Of a DNA stretch of 64,000 bases, positions 1 through 12,648 are shown piece by piece. Below the pieces are notes generated by a model. It worked only from the letters and a program-made list of their open reading frames with translations. It searched no databases and was not told the origin of the DNA. The DNA comes from Azolla caroliniana. Lineage: Eukaryota; Plantae; Polypodiophyta. The stretch is from the NCBI GenBank assembly GCA_043228905.1, contig JBHGNT010000014.1, positions 9,052,001 through 9,116,000 of the forward strand. Direction: 5' to 3'. The translations under genes were made by a program, and so were the position numbers. Within the stretch, counting starts at the first letter, position 1; every line of letters begins with the position of its first letter.

Positions 1-73
1 ACCTCTATATATCTATTGAATTTTAATCAGCAAGTGAAGGTGCAAAACATCTTATTAATGCATAAATATGTAC

Positions 74-142
74 CTTTAGGAATATGGGAACAATGCTAGA
101 AAAGGTGAATAGAGCAACTGCATACCCTAGAAATGGAAGTAC
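74..142 (-). CDS. SLC35F-like transporter, exon 8 (gene continues beyond window start)
   Basis: atgtag|GTA...AAG|gtacat. Encodes VLPFLGYAVALFTFSSIVPIFLK. No stop codon, so the C-terminal exons lie outside the window. Confidence 0.9.
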
Positions 143-356
143 CTACATAGGCATGCACAAAGGGTTTTAGATATATATGTCTACATGCATGTGAGGATAA
201 TGACATTGTAACATGTGATATTTGCAGGTTGTACAAATACAATGAATAAGATCACATTTAAGGTAAAATCCCAATTCATCAATTTTTTTATGTGCACTAA
301 TTAGAAATATTATTCTTACAATGTGGGAAGAAAATATGTTTATCAATTTAACTTAC

Positions 357-408
357 TTCATAAATATCCCATGAAATAGATTTGATCTCATGTAGCTCTA
401 AAACACAT
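357..408 (-). CDS. SLC35F-like transporter, exon 7
   Basis: ctgcag|A TGT...GAA|gtaagt. The first base completes the TT+A Leu codon split across a 13.7-kb intron. Encodes CVLELHEIKSISWDIYE (family motif ILERxELxSIxW). Confidence 0.9.
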
Positions 409-772
409 CTGCAGCATCAATTGATGACCTTATTAGTCTCTTAATTTAATTGCAAATGATCTTGTATATTAAACCTAAATAATTAGTCTCGTATTTTATT
501 ATGTTTCAAATGTGATACTATTTAAATACATATTGTGTTAAAATTAAGACATACTGTAAAAAACTATTGTGTTAGAATGCTAGTACACCTATTCATGTGA
601 TTATTTGCATTTAACATTATTATTATTATTAAAAAAATGTTGTGAGCCATTCGATGTGTACAAAAATTGTTAATTAATCATAGTATGACTAAACTAATTA
701 TCAATAAATTATCTCACTACATGGACATTAACATTTGGACATTAACGTTAATCAATTTTTAAAACTCTTCTT

Positions 773-1560
773 TGTTAGTTAACTTATTTCGGATATATTG
801 TGAGATTTAAACGAGAGAGAGAAAAAAAGAGAGAAGAGAGAGGGGGGGAGAAAGAGAGAGATAGAGCAAGAATGCGTTATGTTCTAAAAGTTACATATCA
901 TTTGTTATGTGGTATATTAGAGGTTACAAATCATGCACCTCTTCATCTAAAGTGATATGAAGGGGTACATTTATTTTCTAACAATAAAATGCTAAAATAG
1001 GTAAACTAAAACATTTCTAAATTATCAATTATTCTGACACCTCCCCCCATTGCAACATCGAATGAATGTGGCAACATGGTGTCTAGATATTCTGAACAAA
1101 CACACAATGATCGACTTTAGCAACCAAGTGTAAATCTCATGCTTGAATCCAAACCTCGATAATGAAGCGTAGTCAGTTTGCTTTCTATGTATGAGAGCAG
1201 TTCCGATGTATGAGGGAAGGCCATGTTTTCCAATAGAATTAAGGGAGTGTTCACATTCTTGACTTGTCAATTGAATATGCACTACACGAAGAGTTTACGT
1301 TAAACATAATGCTTTGTCGATAAGTAGATGAATCGAGCACGTGGTGAGATCATCTATTTTCTTGCACCATACTCTCTGAGTGAAGAAATGTGGTTAGGGT
1401 AAGGTTACTCCAAGTAGTACCCGAGAACATATGTGGCAAACTCTAAGAGTTTAGGTTGAAGATCATCCGTTGTCAATAAATAGACCAGTTGGGCACTTGG
1501 TGTAGTCAATACATTTTCACTTGAATGACGATAGGTGGTTATATGTTGAGTTTCATGGTC
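773..1560 (-). mobile_element. Old copia 3' end (element A): RNase H relic, PPT and 3' LTR (about 773-1039)
   Basis: The minus strand reads ATGGGGGGAGG|TGTCAG (PPT then LTR start). 878-1039 is repeated at about 13547-13708. A degenerate RNase H-like end lies near 1420-1550. Confidence 0.55.
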
Positions 1561-1938
1561 GGGCTCTCACCATAGGCCTTCCATAGCCAATCTGAACTTG
1601 ACACATGCACAAACAAGAGATGGACATTGGAATTTGGATTACCACAAGGCATCTCGTTATGTTAGTTTTGGGTCCAAGAAGAGATAGAAATAAAAATGTG
1701 AAAGCAAAAACAAAAACAAAAGTAAAAGAAGAAGCACAGCCATGGCCGAGAAATGCAACCGCAATAGGAGGCCTCCTCCACCACCTCCATATCTAATGAG
1801 GCTCCATACCCACTAGATTTTAATTCTCCTCCCCTCCTCCCTTATTGTCTACTATATAGTATGGTAGCACTGTGTAAGCTCCCTCTCCCTCCTACCGTCT
1901 CTCTCTCTCTCACACGGCTATGTGGCCATGGTTTTCTG

Positions 1939-1974
<36 letters not shown>

Positions 1975-1999
1975 CTAACCTAATTATATAAATCATGAA

Positions 2000-2148
2000 C
2001 GGGTTTGGCAAGGCTCAAGCCAAGCTGAGCCGATCTCAAACCATTTAGGCAGGCTGAAGCCTAAGCCGAGCCGAACTGAGCCACTAAGCCATTTCAAGAC
2101 GATTTGGAAAAACGATTTAGGCTTGAGCTGAGCCGATGCCGATCCCTC
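2000..2148. mobile_element. Possible small MITE with GAGCC(G) subterminal repeats
   Basis: Dense AAGCC/GAGCCG motifs and imperfect inverted ends (cgggtttggca ... tgccgatccct). No TSD found. Confidence 0.3.
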
Positions 2149-2212
2149 CTTTTGATGCGACACCAGCTTAGTCAAAAAATCTGCCCACATTGTTGTTCTT
2201 GAGGTGTAATAT

Positions 2213-2257
2213 TGTAAAGAATCAAGAAATGGATTCTTGTGAAGCGGAATAGGTGTG

Positions 2258-2288
<31 letters not shown>

Positions 2289-5266
2289 AGATAGAGAGAG
2301 AGAGAGACAGAGACAAAGTATACGCAAGGTTAAAAATATATTAACAAAGGAGAAAGACTTAACATTATACAAGGTGGGAGGAGGGTGCTTTATGTAGTCA
2401 CCCTCTCTCTTCATTAACTACAAGACTCATGGAGCATGGGGAATGTGAAAGCTCATAAGTTATGTGTCATAGAATATGTTTCTATGACTCATACTAAATG
2501 CTTGAATACAAAGAGGTGACATAATGGTGACTCTTGACCGTTGGAGTGTCTATTCACTCTCAAGGTGAGTTCACACACTAGACCAAGTTGAGCTTGATTC
2601 TCAACACGCCCCCTCAAGCTCAAGTCGGGTCGGTTTCAGACTTTCTTCGAATATGCGCGTAAGGAGATCTTCATCCTCAATCTCTTGTTCGGCGAATTCC
2701 GGGTCGAGCGGAGTCGGAGTTGGAGTTGTCTCTGGTGCGTACCAAGATGCGGACTCGTCGAAAACGGAGTTGGAGATACGCCGTGAAGTCATCCGAGAAG
2801 TACTCCTTGCCGCCATCTGATCGAAGACAACGTGCATGTCGGCCCGTGGCTTTCTCGACTTCATTCTTGAAAGTTTGGAAGTGTCTGAACACTTCACTCT
2901 TTTGCCGCATCGGGTAGATCCAAGTGTGCCTAGAGAAGTCGTCAATGAAGAGCACGTAATATCGGCATCCGCTGAATGTAGCCGTTTACACCGGTCCCCA
3001 TACATCGGAATGGACTACATCGAGTAGACCTTTGCTCACGTTCCGCTCTTTCGGGAGTGGGTGTCGGTGTTGCTTGCCGAATTGGCACGCTTCGCATACA
3101 CCTTCAATCTCCTTCTCTTTGAATGTCGGGAATCCGATGACGACTCCTTTCGATTTCATTGATTTGAGTTTGTTGAGATTGATGTCGCCGATTCGCTTGT
3201 GCCATAGCTCTATGTCGGAGTCGGCTTTCGTGCTCTTTGCGAACATGGCTGATTTCATCTCGTGTGAGTCGAGAATGAACATTCGGCCCTCTCTTCGTCC
3301 ATGTGCAATGAGTCAGCCTTCTTTTTTGATGAAGCAACCACCTTGATTAAATCGAACTTGCATCCCTTGCTCTACAATTTGGCCGACGGAGACCAAATTC
3401 TTCGTAATGGTCGGTACATGCAAGACATTTTTAATGTAATTTTGCTTACCTTCTTTTCCGAACGGAACATTGCCGATGTGCCGAATCGGGTGCATAGAGT
3501 CGTCTCCGGTTTCGACATAGTCGGGTCGGTCCGGCTCTCAAAGTTCTCGGAACCATTCTTGATGCGATATCATATGGTTCGAGGCACCGAAATCGACGAA
3601 CCATACGTCTTCCGGACCGGAGGCACTAGTTGAGGTAACGGCTGACATAGAGTTTGCTCTATGTTTCATCATGAACATTCCGCCACGGTCAGAGTTGTGT
3701 GCATACATTCCACTACGATCTTCGTAGTCGGAGTTGTGCCCGTACATTCCGCCACGGTCGGAGTTGTGTGCATACATTCCGCCACGATCTTCGTAGTCGG
3801 AGTTGTGCCCGTACATTCCGCTATACTCTTCGTAGTCGGAATTGTGCGCGTAATTCGTGAGTTGTCGGCTTGTGGAAGCCGATTCACGCATCTTCTTTCG
3901 GCACTCTTCTTCGTGGTGGCCGAGCTTTCCGCAATATCTGCATTTGGTTGCGTTTTGACGTCTCGGGCCCGAGTGGAAGCTCCCCCTTCTTGCGAAGGTT
4001 CCTCATTGGCTTCCGTTTTGTGGCCGAAATTGGGAGTTGTTATCATAGGTCGGACCTCGTCCGCCTTGTCCTTGGCCGAATCGGCCTCTCGCTCGTCCGC
4101 ATCCTCTTCCTCCGTTCGATTGCGTGTAGAGCATGTGGCCTTCCGACTCATTGCTCATTGTATGCACGTGGTTTTCTTCGACCAATAGCATTGATTGGAG
4201 CTCGAAAAAGGAGGGAGATTCCTCCCGTGTTAGAACGGCGGTTCGCATCGCGCCGAACCGTGGTGCGAGGCCGCCGGGGCATATTTGAACCATCCCATCA
4301 TCATTGATATTTATGCTTATTGAGCCGAGTGAATCGCAAAGCTCCTTGATCTTTGAGGTGTATATCGTGATGGACATCTCCCTTTGTTGAATGTTGTTCA
4401 ACTCTTGGCGGAGTTGAAGCTTCCTCGCGGTCGTGTTGGCGGCGAAAATCTTTCGTAGATTTTCCCACGCTTCCTTCGGCGTCTTGGCTTCTCGAATGTA
4501 ACCGAGCATGTGGTCATGAACACATGTCTCCAAACAATACATCACGCGGCTTGCGGCTTGCTCCCATGTCACGTATCTGGGAGCCGCTTCGGCGGGTCGG
4601 TCTTCATGCGCTCCTTTGATGTAGCTCCAATAGCCTTGTCCGACAAGGTATTCGTGCATCTTGTACTCCCAAGATGCGAAGTTGTTTCGATCCAACTTCT
4701 CGGTAGGGAGAGCGCTCCCCATTTGAGTGTTCATTATGTCGATTCTTCTTCTTCTTCTTCTTCTTCTTCTTCTTCTTCTTCTTCTCTCTTCGAATGCCAG
4801 CTATGTAGCGAAGCTACGATAGCGATGAGCCGGTTCTTGGTCATCGGGGTGGAGCACAACACACGATCACGATGATGCGAATGGGCTAGATCGAGCTACC
4901 AAATCGCTCTGATACCATGTAAAGAATCAAGAGATGGATTCTTGTGAAGCGGAATAGGTGTGAACTGTGTGTGTGTGAGAGAGAGAGAGAGAGACAGAGT
5001 ATACACAAGGTTAAAAATATATTAACAAAGGAGAAAGACTCAACATTATACAAGGTGGGAGGAGGGTGCTTTATGTAGTCACCCTCTCTCTTCATTAACT
5101 ACAAGACTCATGGAGCATGGGGAATGTGAAAGCTCATAAGTTATGTGTCATAGAATATGATTCTATGACTCATACTAAATGCTAGAATACAAAGAGGTGA
5201 CATAATAGTGACTCTTGACCGTTTGAGTGTCTATTCACTCTCAAGGTGAGTTCACACACTAGACCA
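2213..5266 (-). mobile_element. Copia element B, internally deleted (gag, protease, partial integrase; no RT or RNase H)
   Basis: 3' LTR 2213-2606. 5' LTR 4918-5266, missing about 21 bp of the U3 tip. tRNA-iMet PBS 4906-4917. PPT 2607-2616. Gag KLDRNNFASW, protease WFVDFGASNH, WHKRIG...CEAC and LRSDGGKEY are present. About 7 LTR substitutions by eye. Confidence 0.92.
3675..3851 (-). repeat. In-frame 30/39-bp tandem repeat in the Gag-protease linker of B
   Basis: Five units of 30, 39, 30, 39 and 39 bp, each starting ACATTCC on the + strand. They encode Y(A/G)HNSD(YED)RGGM repeats. Confidence 0.9.
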
Positions 5267-8200
5267 CGGCTCGGAAGTTGCACCTCCAACAAGACCTCAA
5301 CAACATCTGGCAAAGGGAAATTTCGGTTACCGACTACACCACCAAGATAAAGGAGATCTGTGACACACTGGGATCCATCAACATGATGGTGGACGAAGAT
5401 GAGATGATACATATTTGCCTCGGTGGTCTAGCACAGAGGTACGGGCCTATCCAGAGAACGATTTGCACCCGAGAGAAACCACCATCCTTCTTCAACCTAC
5501 AATCAATGTTGACGTTCAAAGAAAACCATGCAAGTGGGTCAAGGACCACTAAACTGGACAGTCGGATGTTGTACACAGAGGCAAATTAGCCTCGTGGGCC
5601 TAGAGGACAAGGTGGGTCGGCACGCAATAGTGGAGGCCGACCAGCAGAATTGGAGGCATGGAGACAGTGCCAACAACAGTTCCAAACCCTCCACGAGTAG
5701 GGGGAGTCAAGGCGGTGCCAAGAACCGACAATCGAAAACTGATATGAAATGCTAGTATTGTGGCAAGAAGGGCCACCAGGAGAGCGAGTGCTAGAAGAAG
5801 CGCACGATTCGGACAAATCCGGATTCCACAATGATGAACACAAGAGGCGGAAATGCTCACACTACGCAGAAGGATCAGAAGGATTTGAAACCAGAAAAAC
5901 CGGAAGAGGGCCAGCCTTTGTGATGAAGCACAAGGAGAAGTCAATGAAGAAGACCACTTCCAAATCGGAGGAAATGTGGTGTGTTTACTCTGGTACATCG
6001 AACCACATGACAAGCCACGAAGAGTGGTTCTCGTATCTGGGAAAGTCGGAGCAATCGGGAGTTGTCGAAACCGGAGACAACACTCCTCACCTGATCGAGT
6101 ATGTCGGAGAAGTCCCTTTGAGTCATGTCGGACAAAAGGAAAAGTTTATGAATGTTTTACATGTTCCTACAACCACAAAGAATCTGGTGTCGGTCGTACA
6201 AATCGTCGACTAAGGGATGCATGTGCGGTTTACACACCTCAAGTGCTTCATCGAGGAAGAGGGCTAGATCATCGCGCAAGGGCGCCAGGAGGGGAGGATG
6301 TTCATCCTCGACACTAATGACATAGGCACTGCTTTGTTCACAAAAGGACATAAATATCAACTTGGGGCACAAGTGAGTCGGCCACGTCAATTATCGAAGG
6401 CTTCAAGACCTGCAGTCGAAATTGGTTGTGCTAGTACTACTGAAATTCAATGGCCGGAAGGCCCAAATTTGTGAAGCCTACCAACTTGAGAAGCAACACC
6501 GGCTTCCATTCCCCAACGAAAGAAACTGGAGCCGTAACAAGCTCAACATAATCCATTCGAACGTATGGCAACCAACACAAAACGTTTGTCTTGGCGATAG
6601 TCAATATTTGGTCTCCTTCATCAACGACTACAACTGGCACACATGGATCTACCGAATCGAAAAGAAAAATGAAGTTTTCGACTGTTTTGAGAACTTACCG
6701 AATTTAGTCGAACACGAAACGGAGAGGAAGATCAAGTGCATGCGATCGGATGCGGAAAAGAATACTTTTCTGGCCAATTCAACAGTTACTTGTAGCAAAA
6801 AGGAATTGAGAGGGAATTCACTTGCAAATACACACTGGAACAAAATGGTGTGGCCAAAAGAAAGCACCGGTCAATTGTGGAGGTGGCACGGGTGATGCTA
6901 GAAGAGAAGAGCATGCCCAAGTTCTACTAGGCTTAAGCGGTCCGGATGACCGTGTACATCCAAAACCGGACCGAGGAAAAGGCGGAAGCCAAATTTACGG
7001 CACCTGAGGATATTTGGAAGCATAGCATTTGTGCATGTACCGAATGAGAAGCGGAGAAAGCTGGACCCGAAGTCGGAGAAGTCCATACTAGTAGGCTACT
7101 CTCATGAGCAGAAGGGGGTATAAGTGCTACAACCCCCAGAGAAAGACAGACTGAGTAAGCTGAGATGTTGAATTTGACGAATCGGCATCCTGGTACTCTA
7201 TGCCGACTCCGACTCCTGACTCCGACCCAATTCCGAAAGATGAGGCCAGTGAGCCCAAAACAATCCAAGCAGAAGAGGAAGAAGAGTTTGGTACTCTAGA
7301 TGAGAGTCTAATCTCATTCCGGCTAAGCGGTCCAAATGAAGGGCTAAGTCGGAAAGACCAACAGAATGAAGAGATAACGAGTACTGAAGACTCGATCGTG
7401 CTCTCCCCACGCAAGGAACTAAGGACACGGTTCACGTCCAAAGGGAAGGGGAAGAAGAAGATGTCGGAATACGACACCAGTAGAGACGAGTTGGATCGGA
7501 ATGAATCCGACTCCAAAAAGAACGAAGGACCTTTGGGAACGAAGTTCGAGTTGATCAAGAGGGCCTTAAAATCGGCTAATGAGAAATTACGTTGATCGAC
7601 CTGCCCGAAGAACCCCGTAAAACGGTACAACTATAATGAGTACATGGCGCATCACCATGCGTACATGACAAAAGTGGCAGAAGTGTGTGAGCCGGAGGCC
7701 TATGCAGAAACGGCAAAGGACGTGAATGGGTGTGCCGCTATGGAAGAAGAAATGCAAACACTCAATGCAAATGACACATGGGACCTCCTCGACATTGCAA
7801 ACCGATTGGTTCCAAGTGGGTGTACAAGGTGAAGTACAACGTCGGCGGTTCAGTCAACTAGTACAAGGCCCGGTTAGTGGCCAAAGGATGTGCGCAGACC
7901 CACGAAATCGACTACGACAAGACCTTCACTCTGGTAGCAAAGATGACGACGGCACATGTGGTGCTGGCAGTGGCTGCTGGAAGGGGGTGGCATCTTCACC
8001 AAATAGATGTGAAGAATGTGTTTCTTCAAGGTGACCTTGAAGAATAGTTGTACATGATCCAGCCCCCCGGTTTTCAGTCCGTGATGAACAAGTCGGTAGT
8101 CTGCTGACTGAAGAAGTTGCTTTACAGCCTGAAGCAAGCTCCGGTTAGAAAATCACGCACCGGTTGCATAATATGGGATTTATGGCCTCTAAGTCCGACT

Positions 8201-10218
8201 CGTCATTGTTCATCCAGAAGGGTCCGAACAATCCGGTGTGCATTTTGCTATACGTCGACGACTTGGTCGTCACCAGACCCGCCCTCGCTAAAATCAGCCA
8301 AATAAAGTCCCAGTTTTCAATCGCATTCAAAATGAAGGGCATGGGGGATCTTCATTATTTCCTTCGGATTGAAGTGCTCCACACCCCCAACGGCATATTG
8401 CTCTCACAGCGACATTATGTGTTGAATATGTTGTACAAGTTCGGCATGACGAATTGTCAACCAGTCTCCACACCCCTGGACTGGAACCTGAAGCTTCATC
8501 CCACTCCGGACTGGCCTGCAATGAGAGAAGGTTCTGACAAATTGTCGAAAACCGCATTTACTTAAGGATCACTCGACCCAACATTAGCTATCCAGTCAGA
8601 GCGATCAATCAATTTATGCAGAGGCCGACCACCAAGCACCTTTAGTGCGTGCATCAACGATTGAGGTATGTGAGTGGCACTAAGGATCAGGGATTGTCAT
8701 ACCAACACGGTATAACCGAAACGCTAGTTGGTTATACAGATGTTCACTGGGTCAGTGATGCGTTGAATCGTCGGTCCACTTCCGGTTATATGTTCTCTCT
8801 CAGGAGCGCAGTTGTTGCGTGGAGCAACAAAAAGCAACCAACAATGGCTCTTTTGAGCATTGAGGCTGAGTATCGGGGTGCTACGGTCGCCACTTGTGAA
8901 GCCATCTAGCTTCGGCAGCTGCTACAAGACCTTCGAATCGAATTACCAACGTTGATCCCGATCTACAACGACAACATGAGTAGAATGTAGTTGGCCAAGA
9001 AGCTCGTGTTCCATACTCAGACGAAGCACATAGAAGTGCATTATCACTTTGTGGGCGAGTAGGTCCTCAACAGTGAAGTCAAACTTCGTTATGTTCGAAC
9101 AGATTTGTAGGTTGCCATCATCTTCACCCAGGCACTTGGGACCGACAACTTGCAACATTTTCCGGAGATGCTTGGTCTTCAGCATCTCGACATGCCGCAC
9201 TTCAGGGGGAGAATAGGAATAGAAACTGGGAAAATAGGTAAAGCCGAAGAGAAGGAAACAACCGAAACCGGGGGAGACAAGGATGAAAATGAAGCCGAAT
9301 CCAAACAAGTCAGAACAAGCGGCGACGACAGTAGAGTCAAGAAGGACTGAGAGCCGACCAGAAGAAGAAGGCCAAGATGCGGACATGGTCTAATGTGGTA
9401 AAGGGCCTAAAGATTGAAGACAAATTGGAGACAGCCAATTCGAACAAGAGCTGGAACAAATCAAAGGCACACGATTCAGAAGAGGTGTTCAATTCGGAGG
9501 AGCCGAATCAAAAGAAGGCCAAATGGATAAGAAGGCAGCGAAAGTCGACACCGACATGGAGGAACCGACGGGTCGAGAAGCGGCAAAGTCACAGCAGCGA
9601 GGGAGCTAAGTTGGGCCTTATGAGTAGGCAAGCCGATCAAGAAGGTCGACGTGCGTGGAACCGGACGGGCCGTGGAAAGCGGAACCGGATGGGTTGAGAA
9701 GCGCGAGCAAGGTCGAAGACGCCAGGAGGAGTCGGAGGGAAGGACTGGCAGACACTTACACCACAATCCAACCTCAAGTTGAGCTTGAGGAGGAGTGTTG
9801 AGTGGACAAGCTCAACTGGATCCGGATCGGTATCCAAAACGTAGAATCGGGAAGGTATTTGGATCAATATCCGGATCGGAGAGCCGGATCGGATTGTAAC
9901 CGGTAGGCCGTTAGAGGCCTACGATCCTAGCCTAGTATGTAGACATATTTTTAGGAGTCAGTGTTAGTAGCTCAGAAAAAGCATTGAACTACTAGGTACT
10001 TCTGTCAGTCCTTTCAAGGACTTCTATAAAGTGTTCTCTGAGCACATTGTATGTACAGAGTGTTAGTTTGAAATTGAGTTAATATTGTTCTGCTCTATTT
10101 GTCTCTCCCAAGTACTCTCTCTCTGTGATTTAAGCTTTCCATTAAACCTGTGTATATTCTTTGTTGCTATCCGGTGAAGCCGATTTTGTCTACAGGCTTC
10201 CGCACGCAATTCTTCACA
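5267..10218 (+). mobile_element. Copia element C, 5'-truncated and degenerate
   Basis: Gag (from TTARKL), protease, integrase, RT (YVDD at about 8250) and RNase H, with many stops and frameshifts. PPT 9786-9795. 3' LTR 9796-10218 (TG...CA). Confidence 0.92.
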
Positions 10219-10223
10219 AATAT

Positions 10224-11547
10224 GTTACCTCACTTTGAATTATTGCATCCTCATCAACCTTTTGCACTCGTTTTCTAGTAATAGGGCATGTGTACTATTT
10301 TTAATGCGAGATATCCAAAGGCATTAGTAATTTTGTATTAATATTTTGATGAGAATGTTCTACCTTGGTTGGAAGATGTGACAAGAGACCCTCCTCATCG
10401 AACATAACCAATCTCCCAAATAAAAATTTCCTTATCTTGAGATCAAATAATTTGTACTCTTTGACTCTGACCAATTCTCCATAACCAACAAAAATCCCTT
10501 TTCCAACATGTGGATCAAATTTTCTCCTTTTCTCTTGTGGAATATGACCGTATGTCATGGCACCAAATACACAAAGGTGTGAAAGATTTTGTTTGTGGCC
10601 AAACCACATTGCATATGGAGTATCCAAACCAATAGCTTTATGAGGTGATCAGTTTTGAAGGTAGCAAGTGGTTGCAATCGCCTCTTGCCAACATTGATTG
10701 TGAAGACCTGCACTTGTAGCATACTTCGACTAGAATCCAAGAGTGTTCGATTCTTATGTTTGGCGAGTCCATTTTGTTAGATTGTAAGCAATGATATGTT
10801 CATGCCTAATGCCATGCTCTTGACAAAACTTTATCCATTCTTGTGATAAATATTCACCACCATTATCCGTTCTTATTGTGTTTATTTTACTTTGACATTT
10901 GATTCTCCACATAAGATTTATAAGTTGTGAAGGCATTAAAGGCCTCATTTTTTTTTTCAAATAATGTAGAAGTGTGAATCTCGTAATCATCAATAAAGGA
11001 GATAAAGTATTTATTACGTCCAACGATGTGGTCAACATTGGTCCACACAAGTCCAAGTGAACTAATTGTAGCCTTCTTTTGGTTTGACTTGCACTATGTC
11101 GGAATTTTGACGACTTTGTTTTCCTAAAATACACCCTTCACATAATGGTAAGTACCTAAAAGGTGTTGTTGGTATTTCTGTAATTAACTTATGTATTTGA
11201 ATGGTTTTCATCGACTTTCGATTCAAATGTCGAAGCCGGTAATGCCAATAGTTCCATTATTGGTTTTGCTTCATTGACTGGTAATAAATTTTTCGTGATA
11301 CCTAGAACATAGTGGACATTCAGCATATTCATTGACATTGTTTGACTAATGGAAAGTTGCGCTTCTCCTTTTCCAAGTGCGGCTTTTGTGCCATTGTCTC
11401 TAAATCGAACTTCAAGGGCTTGTGGAAGAGTTTTATAATTGTGGAGCAAGTTCTTGTTGTGAGTGAGATGTGTGTTGCACCAGTGTCAAGGAACCAAAGG
11501 TTTGAGGCATTCATTGATTTTGCTACTGCCATATACACTTCTATTTT

Positions 11548-11604
<57 letters not shown>

Positions 11605-11755
11605 ATGAATTCCTCTCACAACCACAATGTGCACTCTCGATTGCAACATTCATTGGTAAAGTTCTTGAACATCGAGAGTCACTACTCACTTTCACACGTA
11701 TCACGTGAAATGTAATATTTTTGGTCTCATAGGTCATATTTGACCTCTGAAGACG
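10224..11755 (-). mobile_element. Degenerate copia zinc knuckle, protease and integrase fragment
   Basis: WFLDTGATH, LQLVHLDLCGPM, IRTDNGGEY and RRKFD...GIFVGY, interrupted by an (AG)n expansion. Confidence 0.85.
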
Positions 11756-11784
11756 ATAATATAATCTATCTATCTATCTATCTA

Positions 11785-11832
<48 letters not shown>

Positions 11833-12609
11833 CTTTTCTTCTATCTCTCGTTTAATTCGGACATGGTATTAGAGCAACATGCATCACATTAGATAAATGA
11901 TATGTGAATAAATAAGTGGCATACATCACGTTAGATTGATTCGGACAATCTATACAAGATGTCATTGACCACCGATATGGAAAACCAATCGGAATTTGTC
12001 GAAAATCCAACCAATGTTGCATCAACAAATCAAATGGCAAGAAAGTATGTGGTGGAGAAACTCACCGACCACATTATAGAATTTGGAGAATGAGAATGGA
12101 GTTAATTCTCAAAAGAACAAATCTTATAGGAATCGTAAATTATTTTGAAGTCATTTCGTCAATAGAACCAAGTTAATTGAGCAATTAGAAAAGTAGAGAT
12201 CTAGATGCCAGAAGGAAGATAACCATGCATCTAAGTAAGCGACAAGTTGATCATGTTCGAAGTCTTGGATCCGCACGAGCAATTTGGGATTAGCAATGAG
12301 CCTAGTTTGGGCTGAAACCGAACCGAACTGTTAAACCATGGTTTAAAAGTTTATAAGTTCCAAAATAATTAAATGGCTTGGTTTGGTTTTAATTATTAAT
12401 AAACGTTTCGGTTTTAGTTCGGTTTGGTTTTGAAACTAGGGTTTATCGGTTTCTAGGTTTAAGTGGTTTGGTTTAAAGGTTTATAGTTTTTTGGTCTAAC
12501 ATTTTTTATCCCTTCAATGTTTATGTAATTTAATGGTTAAATTAATGGTTTTTGTTGATTTAATTCACTTAACTTAAATGTTTATTTAATCTAATGGCTT
12601 AATTAATGC

Positions 12610-12648
<39 letters not shown>

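Noticed and set aside
1-20. Start of SLC35F exon 9 at the window edge
   Set aside because: Candidate AG acceptors exist, but there is too little sequence to match the expected SGATxxNLSLLTSD motif.
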